64,000 bases of DNA from NCBI GenBank assembly GCA_963744145.1, contig CAVUSO010000001.1, positions 4,704,001-4,768,000 on the forward strand, written 5' to 3'. Numbering within the stretch: the stretch's first letter is position 1; each line of letters opens with the position of its first letter. Below, in pieces: positions 48,339 to 58,147 of this stretch. The notes under the pieces were generated by a model. The model did no database searches. It had not been told where the DNA came from and saw nothing but the letters and a program-made list of their open reading frames with translations. The position numbers and the translations under genes are program-made. This DNA is from an uncultured cyanobacterium (GTDB taxonomy: Bacteria; Cyanobacteriota; Cyanobacteriia; Cyanobacteriales; CAWUOF01).

Positions 48339-49132
48339 TGATGAACAGCACAGAAATACCACTGATCACAGTTCCGTTAGGTCGTGAATTTCATGCTAGA
48401 GCAAAGGAATTGACTACCAAAGCTATGCAACTAGCAAATCCAACCAATAAACATCAAATAGGAAAGCGAGTTTATCTGAATACCTTAGCAGTTTATGCTG
48501 TTGATAGTTATCTGAGATGGCAAGCATACCAAGCAGATTTTAGTCAAAGTAATAGCAGCGATCCTATTTTATGTTCCCGCTGGGATGTAGCAGATTTAAT
48601 GATTCCTGGTATTGGTAAATTAGAATGTCGTCCGATTGGGGAAGGGGAAACTGTTTTGACTCTACCATCGGAAGTGACAGAAGACCGGATTGGGTATTTC
48701 CTAGTACAATTGGGGGAACATTTAGACTCAGCAACTCTATTAGGATTTGTGCCAGCTTTTGCTCCTTCTAACTTACCAAAACAGATCGCGATCGCTAACC
48801 TCCAGTCTCTTGATGCTTTTCTAGAGTATCTTGATCGATTGGAATTAGCCAACAATTTTTTCCAAGGAGATGATCCAGTTGCAGTCCGAGTCCGGGAGGT
48901 GTTGGAAAATAATCCCTTTTCAGAAATAATTGCACAATTAGAACGCATTTGGCGAAGTGAAACTGATCCTGAAAAACCTTATGCTATAAAAGATATCCTT
49001 GCTGGTAGTACAGCGGGTTTAAAGACCGATCGCGAATCTATAACTATTGATGATGAACTTGAAATTGAATTACTAGAACTAGCGGAGAGTTTAATAGAAA
49101 AATTAGCAGAAATTTGGGATTATCCTACATAA
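48338..49132 (+). CDS. DUF1822-family protein, copy 2
   Basis: KRVYLNTLAVYAV and ADLMIPGIGKLECRP. TAATG coupling to the upstream gene. Confidence 0.85.
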   Translation: MMNSTEIPLITVPLGREFHARAKELTTKAMQLANPTNKHQIGKRVYLNTLAVYAVDSYLRWQAYQADFSQSNSSDPILCSRWDVADLMIPGIGKLECRPIGEGETVLTLPSEVTEDRIGYFLVQLGEHLDSATLLGFVPAFAPSNLPKQIAIANLQSLDAFLEYLDRLELANNFFQGDDPVAVRVREVLENNPFSEIIAQLERIWRSETDPEKPYAIKDILAGSTAGLKTDRESITIDDELEIELLELAESLIEKLAEIWDYPT

Positions 49133-49181
49133 AAATAGCTACTTAGACTGGATCAATATCAAGAAATATATCAAAATACCT

Positions 49182-52100
49182 ATGGATAAACAACGCCGAC
49201 AATTTTATCACGATTTTCTAAATAAAGCCGCACAATTTATGCAAGAAAATGGGATTAATCAACAAGAAGTTTACCCTTTTCTAAATGAAAACTTAGATAA
49301 ACTAGATGATAATTTACCCAGCATCCTACAAGAATGGTCGGAATTAATGTTGTTAATGATTGGGCTAAATAAAGCCCATCAAATGGCTACATGGATGAAT
49401 GTTTTTGGCGAGTTGATTTTTAATTTTCCTGGGGGTAATAGAGCAAATAACATAGAAATAACTATTGCTGCTTATAATATTGCTTCCCCATTCGTTAATC
49501 GCTATCTAGAACCAGGAATTTGGAGTGTCGTTCAAATTAATTTGGGAATTGCTTATCACAAACGAATTAAAGGCGATCGCTCCTTTAATATAGAACAAGC
49601 TATCCAATGCTATCAAGCAGTTTTACAAATCTGTGTTCAGCAAAATTTAACCACTGAGTATGGATATGCTCAAATAAATTTAGGAAATGCTTACTTTGAT
49701 AGAATCCAGGGAAATTGGGCAGAAAATATCGAGCAATGTATACAAGCTTACGAAGCAGCTTTACCAATTTATACCTACTCCACATTTCCCAAAGAATGGG
49801 CAGCTATACAATGTAATTTAGGGGTAGTTTATAAAGATAGAAGTATAGGCGATCGCGCTCAAAATTTGGAGATGGCTATTAGATCTAGTGAAGCAGCATT
49901 GACAGTTCATACCCGAAGTGCATTTCCTTTAGATTGGGCAAAAAATTACAATAATTTAGGCAATTCTTATAGAGAACGAATTGTTGGGGAAAAAGCAGAT
50001 AATTTAGAAAGAGCGATCGCTGCATTCCAAGCCACATTGCCAATTTACACCCAACAGAATTTCCCAGAAAAATGGGCAGATACTCAAAATAATTTAGGTA
50101 CGGTCTATTCGCAACGGCTCAAAGGTGAAAGAGCCGAAAATTTAGAGCAGTCTATTTCTTATTATCAAGCAGCTTTGACAGTTTTAACAAAAGCAGAGTT
50201 TCCCCAAAAATGGGCAGCAATTCAAAATAATTTAGGAGTAGCCTACAGTAGCAGAATTAAGGGCGAGATTATTGCCAATATAGAAGCAGCGATTAGTTGC
50301 ATTCAAGCATCATTGGACGTTTATACCCGTGAGGGGTTTCCCGAAGAATGGGCGCAATGTCAAAACACTTTGGGGAGTGCTTACTTCGATCGAATTAAGG
50401 GCGATCGCGCTGAAAACATAGAGCAAGCAATTAAATATTACAAAGCAGCTTTACAAATTCGTACCCGCGAAACATTACCCAGGGATTGGGCGATGTCTCA
50501 AAATAATTTGGGAGCAGCTTATTTAGCTCGAATTAAAGGCGATCGCGCTGAAAATATAGAGGAGGCTATTCAATCCTCTAAAACAGCTATGCTTGTTTAC
50601 ACTTATGAAACAATGCCTGAAAATTGGGCAAATGTTCAACTCAATTTGGGTAATGCCTATAGTAATCGAATTAATGGAGAAAAAGCTGAAAATTTAGAAC
50701 AGGCAATTCGCTACTATGAAGCGGCATTATGTGTATATAATCGCTCTGCTTTTCCTCAAAAATGGGCTGAAATTAAAAATAATTTGGCTATTGTATATGT
50801 TGATCGAATTGAAGGCGATCGAGCTGAAAATTTAGAACAAGCACTTGCATGTTGTCAAGCAGCATTACAAGTTCAGACTCGCGATACTTTACCTCAATAT
50901 TGGGCAAATACGCAAATCAATATGGGTAATACCTACTCTGATCGGATTTGTGGTGAAACTTCGGAAAACATAAAAACTGCAATTATTTGCTTTCAAGCAG
51001 CTTTACAAGTCTACACTAAAGAATCCTTTCCCTACGATTGGGCATTAATTATGAACAATTTGGGAAATGCTTATAGAAAGTTGAATAAAATTGATGAAGC
51101 GATCGCCTATTTTCGTTTAGCTCTCGAAATTAATACACCAATTGCGAACCCGAGCGAATGTCTCACAGCCGGAAAAAACTTGGGTGATACTGCCTTTAAC
51201 GCTCAACGTTGGGCAGCAGCGATTGAAGGTTACGATCTGGCTATCAAAGCTATAGAAACTAGCCGTTCTTGGACAAGTACTGAAGCGAGGAGACAAGAGA
51301 TTTTAAAATCAGGCATTTTGGTTTATGCTAACTTAGTGCAAGCTTGCATTAACTGCGGACAGTTCGAGCAGGCGATTGAGTATGCAGAGCGATCGCGATG
51401 CCAACGTTTAGTAGATTTGATGGCAAGTAATAACTTATCATATAATAGAGAAAATGACTCACAGGTTTATAAATATTTGCAAGAATATGAAAGACTACAA
51501 AAGCAAATTGATGCTTACTATAAGAACAATAACCGAGATTTTGGTAAAGTTCAAAATTTAACTGAAAATCGAGCTGGATTACAACCAGATGATAAAATTA
51601 TTCAGAATTGGGAAACTCAAAAACAGCAAATTTGGGAACAACTTCGGCGTTTAGATCCTGTTCTAGCGGGTCAAATTCAAGTCAGTCCTATATCTTTAGA
51701 TGCAATTCAAAAATTAATTGACTATCCAACCGCAATTTTGAGTTTTTATACGACACCTGATGGAATTCATATTTTTATAGTACGACAGACTAAAATTACT
51801 TACCACAGATGTAATAATTTAGATGGTGAAACATTTTCAAATTTAGTTCATGACAAATGGTTAATCATTTATTTAACTAAAAAAGAGGAATGGAAAAATA
51901 GTTTAGTATCAGTATTAAAAGAACTAGCTGAACTTCTAAATATAGAAAACTTAATTAGTCAGCATTTAAGTGGTGTTGAAGAACTGATTATTATACCCCA
52001 CTGGTTTCTGCACTCTCTTCCATTTGCAGCGTTACCTATTGACAATGATCAATATTTGGGAGACAAGTTTTTAATCCGTTATATTCCCAGTTGCCAAATT

Positions 52101-52949
52101 TTGGAATTTTGTCAGAAACGTTCTCAAGTAGACCAAACCCTAACCTATGGTACGATTGAAGATGCTACTGAAGATTTACCCTGTTCGAGTTTTGAAGGTG
52201 TTCAAATTGCTCAACTGCATAATATTCCCCGTTATTTACGCTTAAGTGGTCGCACAGAAGCTACTGTCAATAATTATCGTCAGTTAGTTAAACAAGTGCA
52301 AGTGATTATTAGCAGTCACCATGCCCAATCTCGCTTTGATAATCCTCTAGAATCTAAATTGATTTTATCAGATGGTAGTATTACTTTAGGACAACTATTA
52401 ACACCTGAATGGCGATTTCCCCATTTGGTGGATGTATTTCTTTCCTGTTGTGAAACAGGTTTAGGTTTGACTTTATTAACAGACGATGTTTTTACCCTTG
52501 CTAGTGGATTTTTGTGTGCAGGTGCTAGAAATGTAGTTAGTACACTTTGGGCAGTTGATGATTTAGCAACGGCGTTATTTTCGATTTTTTATCATCAATA
52601 TCGACACAGAGGCTCCTGTCGTCCAGCAGCTTTGCAACAAGCCCAGGAAGAACTACGCACCTTAAGCGGGGAAACCCTCGCTACTATTTACCAACCTCAA
52701 ATAAATTTGCTATTGAATGAGAAATTTCAGCAACTAGATCGGGCACGTAAAGAAGCAAAAACTCATCGCGATCGCTACCCGAAAGATACCCCAGAATATA
52801 TGCAATGGGATGAAGAATACAAACAGAATTTTAACGCTAGCGATCGCATTCGTCAGACCAAAAAAAGACTTCAAACTATCAGTCAAGAAGCATTTCCCTT
52901 CTCTCACCCCTTTTACTGGGCTGCGTTTATCTGTTCAGGTTTGCGCTAA
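49182..52949 (+). CDS. TPR-CHAT protease
   Basis: 40-aa TPR array, SSHHA, LSCCETG, STLWAVDD and HPFYWAAF. Confidence 0.93.
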   Translation: MDKQRRQFYHDFLNKAAQFMQENGINQQEVYPFLNENLDKLDDNLPSILQEWSELMLLMIGLNKAHQMATWMNVFGELIFNFPGGNRANNIEITIAAYNIASPFVNRYLEPGIWSVVQINLGIAYHKRIKGDRSFNIEQAIQCYQAVLQICVQQNLTTEYGYAQINLGNAYFDRIQGNWAENIEQCIQAYEAALPIYTYSTFPKEWAAIQCNLGVVYKDRSIGDRAQNLEMAIRSSEAALTVHTRSAFPLDWAKNYNNLGNSYRERIVGEKADNLERAIAAFQATLPIYTQQNFPEKWADTQNNLGTVYSQRLKGERAENLEQSISYYQAALTVLTKAEFPQKWAAIQNNLGVAYSSRIKGEIIANIEAAISCIQASLDVYTREGFPEEWAQCQNTLGSAYFDRIKGDRAENIEQAIKYYKAALQIRTRETLPRDWAMSQNNLGAAYLARIKGDRAENIEEAIQSSKTAMLVYTYETMPENWANVQLNLGNAYSNRINGEKAENLEQAIRYYEAALCVYNRSAFPQKWAEIKNNLAIVYVDRIEGDRAENLEQALACCQAALQVQTRDTLPQYWANTQINMGNTYSDRICGETSENIKTAIICFQAALQVYTKESFPYDWALIMNNLGNAYRKLNKIDEAIAYFRLALEINTPIANPSECLTAGKNLGDTAFNAQRWAAAIEGYDLAIKAIETSRSWTSTEARRQEILKSGILVYANLVQACINCGQFEQAIEYAERSRCQRLVDLMASNNLSYNRENDSQVYKYLQEYERLQKQIDAYYKNNNRDFGKVQNLTENRAGLQPDDKIIQNWETQKQQIWEQLRRLDPVLAGQIQVSPISLDAIQKLIDYPTAILSFYTTPDGIHIFIVRQTKITYHRCNNLDGETFSNLVHDKWLIIYLTKKEEWKNSLVSVLKELAELLNIENLISQHLSGVEELIIIPHWFLHSLPFAALPIDNDQYLGDKFLIRYIPSCQILEFCQKRSQVDQTLTYGTIEDATEDLPCSSFEGVQIAQLHNIPRYLRLSGRTEATVNNYRQLVKQVQVIISSHHAQSRFDNPLESKLILSDGSITLGQLLTPEWRFPHLVDVFLSCCETGLGLTLLTDDVFTLASGFLCAGARNVVSTLWAVDDLATALFSIFYHQYRHRGSCRPAALQQAQEELRTLSGETLATIYQPQINLLLNEKFQQLDRARKEAKTHRDRYPKDTPEYMQWDEEYKQNFNASDRIRQTKKRLQTISQEAFPFSHPFYWAAFICSGLR

Positions 52950-52980
52950 CTCTTACAGCCTTAACTTGTCATCAATGAAT

Positions 52981-53243
52981 GTAGGGGCGTTCGCGAGAGC
53001 GTGCCGTAGGCATAGCATTCGGGCGATAATTAATCGCATAAAACCATTAATATTATATCCGAATGCTTCGCCCTTCTTCTTTGCCGAATCCATCAAAACA
53101 TTCTTCATTGAACCGGATTTATATATAGTTGATCTGTTGGTTTCATAGATGGTGAGGGCAAAGCATTTCGGTAATATTTTCTTCGTTTCAGTAATAATTT
53201 ATTCGCCGAAATGCTTTGCCCCTAAGGTTAACTGAACTGGATT
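52981..53243. repeat. REP/MITE cluster between tandem CHAT genes
   Basis: GCATTCGG...CCGAATGCTTCGCCC and GGGCAAAGCATTTCGG...CCGAAATGCTTTGCCC hairpins with TGAACCGGATT and TTAACTGAACTGGATT ends. Confidence 0.7.
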
Positions 53244-53259
53244 GGCACTTAATATAAGT

Positions 53260-53320
53260 GGAAATTGAATTACTAGAACTAGCCGAGAGTTTACTAGAAA
53301 AATTAGCAAAAATTTGGGAT
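53260..53320 (+). pseudogene. Duplicated 3' end of the DUF1822 gene
   Basis: GAAATTGAATTACTAGAACTAGC.GAGAGTTTA.TAGAAAAATTAGCA.AAATTTGGGAT matches 49061-49120. Confidence 0.85.
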
Positions 53321-53385
53321 GATAATATATAATAAAATTAGCTAGTCAATCTGGTGAAAAATTAGAAATATATCAAAGGTTAACT

Positions 53386-56300
53386 ATGGATGAGAAACGC
53401 CGACGAGCTTATCACAATTTTCTAGATCAAAGTATATATTATATCATTACTGAAAATGGTTCTAATCAACAAAAATTTTACCAATTTTTAGCAGACAACT
53501 TAGATCAGCTAGATGATAATTTACCCAACTTATTAGAAGAATACTCAAAAGCACTTTTGTCAATAGTTGCGTCTGACGAAACCATTGATATCGCCAATTG
53601 TATGGGAACTTTTGGCGATTTAATTGTTAATTTTAATTTAGGTAATAAAGCCAATAATATAGAAATTGGTATTGCTGCTTACAATATTGCTCTTCCACTT
53701 TTGAACTGCTATTTAGAAACAGAAAATTGGGTGATTATTAAACATAGGTTGGGAATTGCTTATTCCAACCGAATCAAAGGTGATCGTTCTTCCAATATAG
53801 AGCAGACTATTAAATGCTATCAAGCCGTTTCAGAAATATGTACCCAGACAAATTTAACGTCTTATTGGGCAACAAATCAGTTAAATTTAGGAAGTACTTA
53901 CTTTGCTAGAATTGAGGGAAATCGAGCGGAAAATATGGAGCAATCGCTCCAATGTTACCAGGCAGCTTTACAATTTTATACCTACTCAGCATTTCCCCAA
54001 CGCTGGGCAGATACGCAAAGTAACTTAGGGTTCGCTTACCAAAAAAGGATTAAGGGCGATTCCTCTCTAAATTTAGAGATGTCAATTAGCTGTAGCAAAG
54101 CAGCATTAGATGTCTATACTCAAAACGCATTTCCTTGGGATTGGGCTAGAACTCATGAGAATTTGGGTGATACTTACCAAAAACGACTTGTTGGTAAAAA
54201 ATCAGATAATTTAGAGCAAGCAATTTCTCATTATGAGGCAGCGTTGAGAGTTTTTACAAAAGAAGAGTTTCCCCAAAGATGGGCGATAATTCAAATTAGT
54301 TTAGCTATAGTCTACCTACAACCAATTAGGGGCGAGATAGTTGCCGATATAGAATCAGCTATCCGTTATAATCAAGCATCATTGGAAGTTCATAATCGCG
54401 AAATTTTTCCTGAATTCTGGGCACTTATCCAAAGTAATTTAGGGGTAGCTTATATAGATAGAATTAAGGGCGATCGCGCTCAGAATTTGGAGCTAGCGAT
54501 TAGTTATATTAACGCAGCATTGGAAGTTTATACAAGAAGTAGATTTCCTTTAAATTGGGCAAAAAGTCATCAGATATTAGGCGATATTTATCAAAAACGT
54601 GTTGTTGGTAAAAAATCAGAAAATTTAGAGACTACTATCGCTGCATTAGAATCTGCATTGCAAGTCTACAACAAGCAGGATTTTCCAGAAGAATGGGCGC
54701 GTACTCAAAATTATTTAGGTACTGCATATAACGAGCGGATCGAAGGTGAAATCGCCGAAAATGTAGAGAAGGCAATTTCTTATCATGAAGCAGCATTGAC
54801 AGTTTTTACAAAAGCAGAGTTCCCGCAGCAATGGGCAACGACTCAAGATCATTTAGGAACAGCCTATGGCAATCGAATTAGGGGCGATGTAGCTACCAAC
54901 TTAGAAACACAAATTAGTTATTATCAAGCATCATTACAAGTTGACGCTTATGAATCATTTCCCCGTCATTGGGCGTTGACTATGAACAATTTGAGTACGG
55001 CTTACCACCGCCGAATTAAAGGCGATCGCGCTGACAATATAGAGCAAGCAATTCAATATGTTAAAAAGTCTTTACAAATTTATACCCGCGAGATATTGCC
55101 CAAAGATTGGGCGAGGTCTCAACAGAATTTGGGGGTATATTACTTTGATCGAATTAAGGGCGATCGCACTGAAAATATAGAGCAGGCTATTCAATACTAT
55201 CAATCGGCTATGCTTGTTTACGCTTCTGAAGCAATACCTCAAGATTGGGGAAATATTCAATTCAATTTGGGTAGTGCCTATGGTGTGCGAATTGCTGGTC
55301 AAGAATCTGAAAACTTAGAACAGGCAATTCGTTACTATGAATCTGCGTTGCTCGTTCATACTCGCTCAGAGTTTCCCCAAAAATGGGCTGAAATTAAAAA
55401 TAACTTGGCTAGGGTATATTTCCAGCGAATTGAAGGTGATCGAGCTGAAAATTTGGAACAAGCTATTGAGTGTACCCAAGCTGCTTTGCAAGTTCAGACT
55501 CGCGATGCTTTTCCTCATGTTTGGGCAGATAAACAAAGCACTTTGGGACAAGCCTATTACTTGCGAATTTGCGGCGAAAAGTCTGAAAACATAAAAGCAG
55601 CGATCGCTTGCTATCAAGCAGCTTTACAAGTCTACACTAGAAAATCATTTCCCCGTGGTTGGATGTCTATTATGAACGGGTTGGGAATCGCTTACAGGAA
55701 GTTAGAAAAAATTGATGAAGCGATCGCCTATTTTCGTTTAGCTCTCGAAATTACTACCCCAATTGCGGACCCGATTGAATGTCTCAGATATGGAAGAAAT
55801 TTGGGTGAGACTGCGTTTAGCGATCAACGTTGGGCAGCAGCAATTGAAGGTTATGATCTGGCGATCAAAGCTATAGAAACTAGCCGTTCTTGGACAAACG
55901 TTGAAGCGAGGAGACAAGAGATTTTAAATTCAGGCTTTATGGTTTATGCTGACTTAGTGCAAGCTTGCATTAACTGCGAACAGTTCGATCAAGCAATTGA
56001 GTATGCAGAGCGATCGCGTTGCCAAAGTTTAGTAGATTTGATGGCCAGTAATGACTTATCATATAATAGCGAACTCGATCCACAAGTTTATAAATATTTG
56101 CAGGAATATGAGAACATACAGAGGCAAATTGATAACTACCATCAGACTAACAATTCTGGTAATAGCCGAGAGTTGAGTATTATTGAAACTTTGACTGGAA
56201 ATCGAGCTGGACTAAAACCAAATGATCAAACTATTAAGAATTGGGAAACTCAGAAACAACAAATTTGGGAACAACTTCGGCGTTTAGATCCCGTCCTAGC

Positions 56301-57582
56301 GGGTCAAATTCAAGTCACGCCTATACAGTTAGCTGCAATCCAACAATTAATTGACTATCCAACAGCAATTCTGGGTTTTTATACGACCATTAATGCAATT
56401 CATATCTTTATAGTACGACAGAAGAACATCACTTATCATAGTTGTAATAAGCTGGATGGTGAAACATTTTCAAAGTTGCTTCATGATAAATGGTTAACAC
56501 TTTATTTAACTAACAAAGAGGAATGGCAAAATAGTTTAATATCTGAATTAAAAGAACTAGCGGAACTTTTAGATTTAGAGAACTTAATTAATCAGCATCT
56601 AAGTGGTGTTGAAGAACTCATTATTATTCCCCACTTGTATCTGCATCTTCTTCCATTTGCAGCGTTACCAATTGAGAACAGTCAATATTTAGGAGACAAA
56701 TTTTTAATCCGCTACATTCCCAGTTGCCAAATTTTAGAATTTTGCCAGAAACGTTCTCAAGTAGACAAACCCCGAACCTATGGCACTATTGAAGATGCTA
56801 CTGAAGATTTACCCTGTTCGAGTTTTGAGGGTGTTCAAATTGCTCAACTGCATAATATTCCCCGTTATTTACGCTTAAATGGTCGCACGGAAGCTACTGT
56901 TAACAACTATCGTCAGTTACTTAAAGAAGTGCAAGTGATTATTAGCAGTCACCATGCCCAAGCCCGCTTTGATAATCCTCTGGAATCTAAGTTGATTTTA
57001 TCAGATGGTAGCATTACTTTAGGACAACTATTAACACCTGAATGGCGACTCCCCCATCTAGTAGATGTGTTTCTTTCCTGTTGCGAAACAGGTTTAGTTT
57101 TTACAGCAATAACAGACGATGTTTTTACCCTTGCTAGTGGATTTTTGTGTGCAGGTGCTAGAAGTGTAGTTAGTACACTTTGGGCAGTTGATGATTTAGC
57201 AACGGCGTTATTTTCGATTTTTTATCATCAATATCGACACAGAGGCTCCTGTCGTCCAGCAGCTTTGCAACAAGCGCAGGAAGAACTACGCACCTTAAGC
57301 GGGGAAACCCTCGCTACTATTTACCAACCTCAAATAAATTTGCTATTGAATGAAAAATTTCAGCAACTAGATCAGGCACGTAAAGAAGCAAAAACTCATC
57401 GCGATCGCTACTCCAAAGATACCCCAGAATATGTGCAATGGGATGAAGAATATAAACAGAATTTTAACGCTAGCGATCGCATCCGTCAGACCAAAAACGG
57501 ACTTCAGGTGATCAGTCAAGAAGCATTTCCCTTCTCTCACCCCTTCTACTGGGCAGCTTTTATCTGTTCTGGTTTGCGCTAA
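53386..57582 (+). CDS. TPR-CHAT protease, tandem paralog
   Basis: Longer TPR array. CHAT domain nearly identical to that of 49182..52949. Confidence 0.93.
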   Translation: MDEKRRRAYHNFLDQSIYYIITENGSNQQKFYQFLADNLDQLDDNLPNLLEEYSKALLSIVASDETIDIANCMGTFGDLIVNFNLGNKANNIEIGIAAYNIALPLLNCYLETENWVIIKHRLGIAYSNRIKGDRSSNIEQTIKCYQAVSEICTQTNLTSYWATNQLNLGSTYFARIEGNRAENMEQSLQCYQAALQFYTYSAFPQRWADTQSNLGFAYQKRIKGDSSLNLEMSISCSKAALDVYTQNAFPWDWARTHENLGDTYQKRLVGKKSDNLEQAISHYEAALRVFTKEEFPQRWAIIQISLAIVYLQPIRGEIVADIESAIRYNQASLEVHNREIFPEFWALIQSNLGVAYIDRIKGDRAQNLELAISYINAALEVYTRSRFPLNWAKSHQILGDIYQKRVVGKKSENLETTIAALESALQVYNKQDFPEEWARTQNYLGTAYNERIEGEIAENVEKAISYHEAALTVFTKAEFPQQWATTQDHLGTAYGNRIRGDVATNLETQISYYQASLQVDAYESFPRHWALTMNNLSTAYHRRIKGDRADNIEQAIQYVKKSLQIYTREILPKDWARSQQNLGVYYFDRIKGDRTENIEQAIQYYQSAMLVYASEAIPQDWGNIQFNLGSAYGVRIAGQESENLEQAIRYYESALLVHTRSEFPQKWAEIKNNLARVYFQRIEGDRAENLEQAIECTQAALQVQTRDAFPHVWADKQSTLGQAYYLRICGEKSENIKAAIACYQAALQVYTRKSFPRGWMSIMNGLGIAYRKLEKIDEAIAYFRLALEITTPIADPIECLRYGRNLGETAFSDQRWAAAIEGYDLAIKAIETSRSWTNVEARRQEILNSGFMVYADLVQACINCEQFDQAIEYAERSRCQSLVDLMASNDLSYNSELDPQVYKYLQEYENIQRQIDNYHQTNNSGNSRELSIIETLTGNRAGLKPNDQTIKNWETQKQQIWEQLRRLDPVLAGQIQVTPIQLAAIQQLIDYPTAILGFYTTINAIHIFIVRQKNITYHSCNKLDGETFSKLLHDKWLTLYLTNKEEWQNSLISELKELAELLDLENLINQHLSGVEELIIIPHLYLHLLPFAALPIENSQYLGDKFLIRYIPSCQILEFCQKRSQVDKPRTYGTIEDATEDLPCSSFEGVQIAQLHNIPRYLRLNGRTEATVNNYRQLLKEVQVIISSHHAQARFDNPLESKLILSDGSITLGQLLTPEWRLPHLVDVFLSCCETGLVFTAITDDVFTLASGFLCAGARSVVSTLWAVDDLATALFSIFYHQYRHRGSCRPAALQQAQEELRTLSGETLATIYQPQINLLLNEKFQQLDQARKEAKTHRDRYSKDTPEYVQWDEEYKQNFNASDRIRQTKNGLQVISQEAFPFSHPFYWAAFICSGLR

Positions 57583-57701
57583 CTCAAGGCATTTGTCCAG
57601 GTATGTTTGCGCTTGGGCGCTAGATTCGGAGGGCGCTGAAGCGCTACTAGGTGCCTTTTTTGGTGCCAGTCGGGTAAGTCTGATTTATTTTTCCAAAAAT
57701 T

Positions 57702-57734
57702 TGCATAATTCTGCGACTACACCCTGGTTAATAG
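57702..57734 (+). promoter_or_regulatory. Bipartite motif TGCATAA-N17-GGTTAATAG, copy A
   Basis: Same boxes and spacer at 60543 and 61040, each upstream of a + strand gene. Confidence 0.6.
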
Positions 57735-57799
57735 AAGAACGCAGTTGGCCAACTTGCTTCTCCAAAAATTTCAGATTTACCTTAACGGAGAAATGAGCC

Positions 57800-58003
57800 A
57801 TGATATCTACAATTTTATCGTCTTTCCTCATGTTTGGCATAATTGTGCCTTCACATCAGGGAAGCAATATTACGCATGAGGAACAAATTTCAGCATCTGA
57901 TCAAGTCCTATCCCATCACCCGCAATTAGATATTTTTCAGCATGAAACAAAAAAAGATGGGAATGGAGATGACGATCCCATTGTTCCCCCTAATCGACGC
58001 TAA
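57800..58003 (+). CDS. Small putatively secreted peptide
   Basis: GGAG upstream, hydrophobic N-terminus MISTILSSFLMFGIIVP and polar tail ending DDDPIVPPNRR. Confidence 0.6.
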   Translation: MISTILSSFLMFGIIVPSHQGSNITHEEQISASDQVLSHHPQLDIFQHETKKDGNGDDDPIVPPNRR

Positions 58004-58035
58004 TTCAGGGCTGTTTCAATCTCCCTTCTAACATA

Positions 58036-58143
58036 GCAGACCTAACCCCCCAGCCCCCTTCCCTGCAAGAGAAGGGGGAGCAATTAATATGATTAATTCT
58101 TGCTCCCCTCTCCTCCCAGGAGAGGCGTTGGGGGAGAGGTCAA
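58036..58143. repeat. Intergenic palindromic repeat (same family as 36957-37042)
   Basis: GACCTAACCCCCCAGCCCCCTTCCC...GGGGGAGAGGTC. Confidence 0.7.
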
Positions 58144-58147
58144 ACAA

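Noticed and set aside
30541..57582. Type III-E CRISPR (Craspase) locus
   Set aside because: No cas genes or array. Only the CHAT-plus-sigma logic is analogous.
57702..57734. dif/Xer site or integron attC
   Set aside because: GCATAAT resembles part of the XerC arm, but the 11-6-11 dif layout and attC-type inverted repeats are absent, and no integrase is in the window.
57800..58003. PatS/PatX/HetN-type heterocyst inhibitor
   Set aside because: No RG(S/T)GR pentapeptide. Only the general layout is similar.
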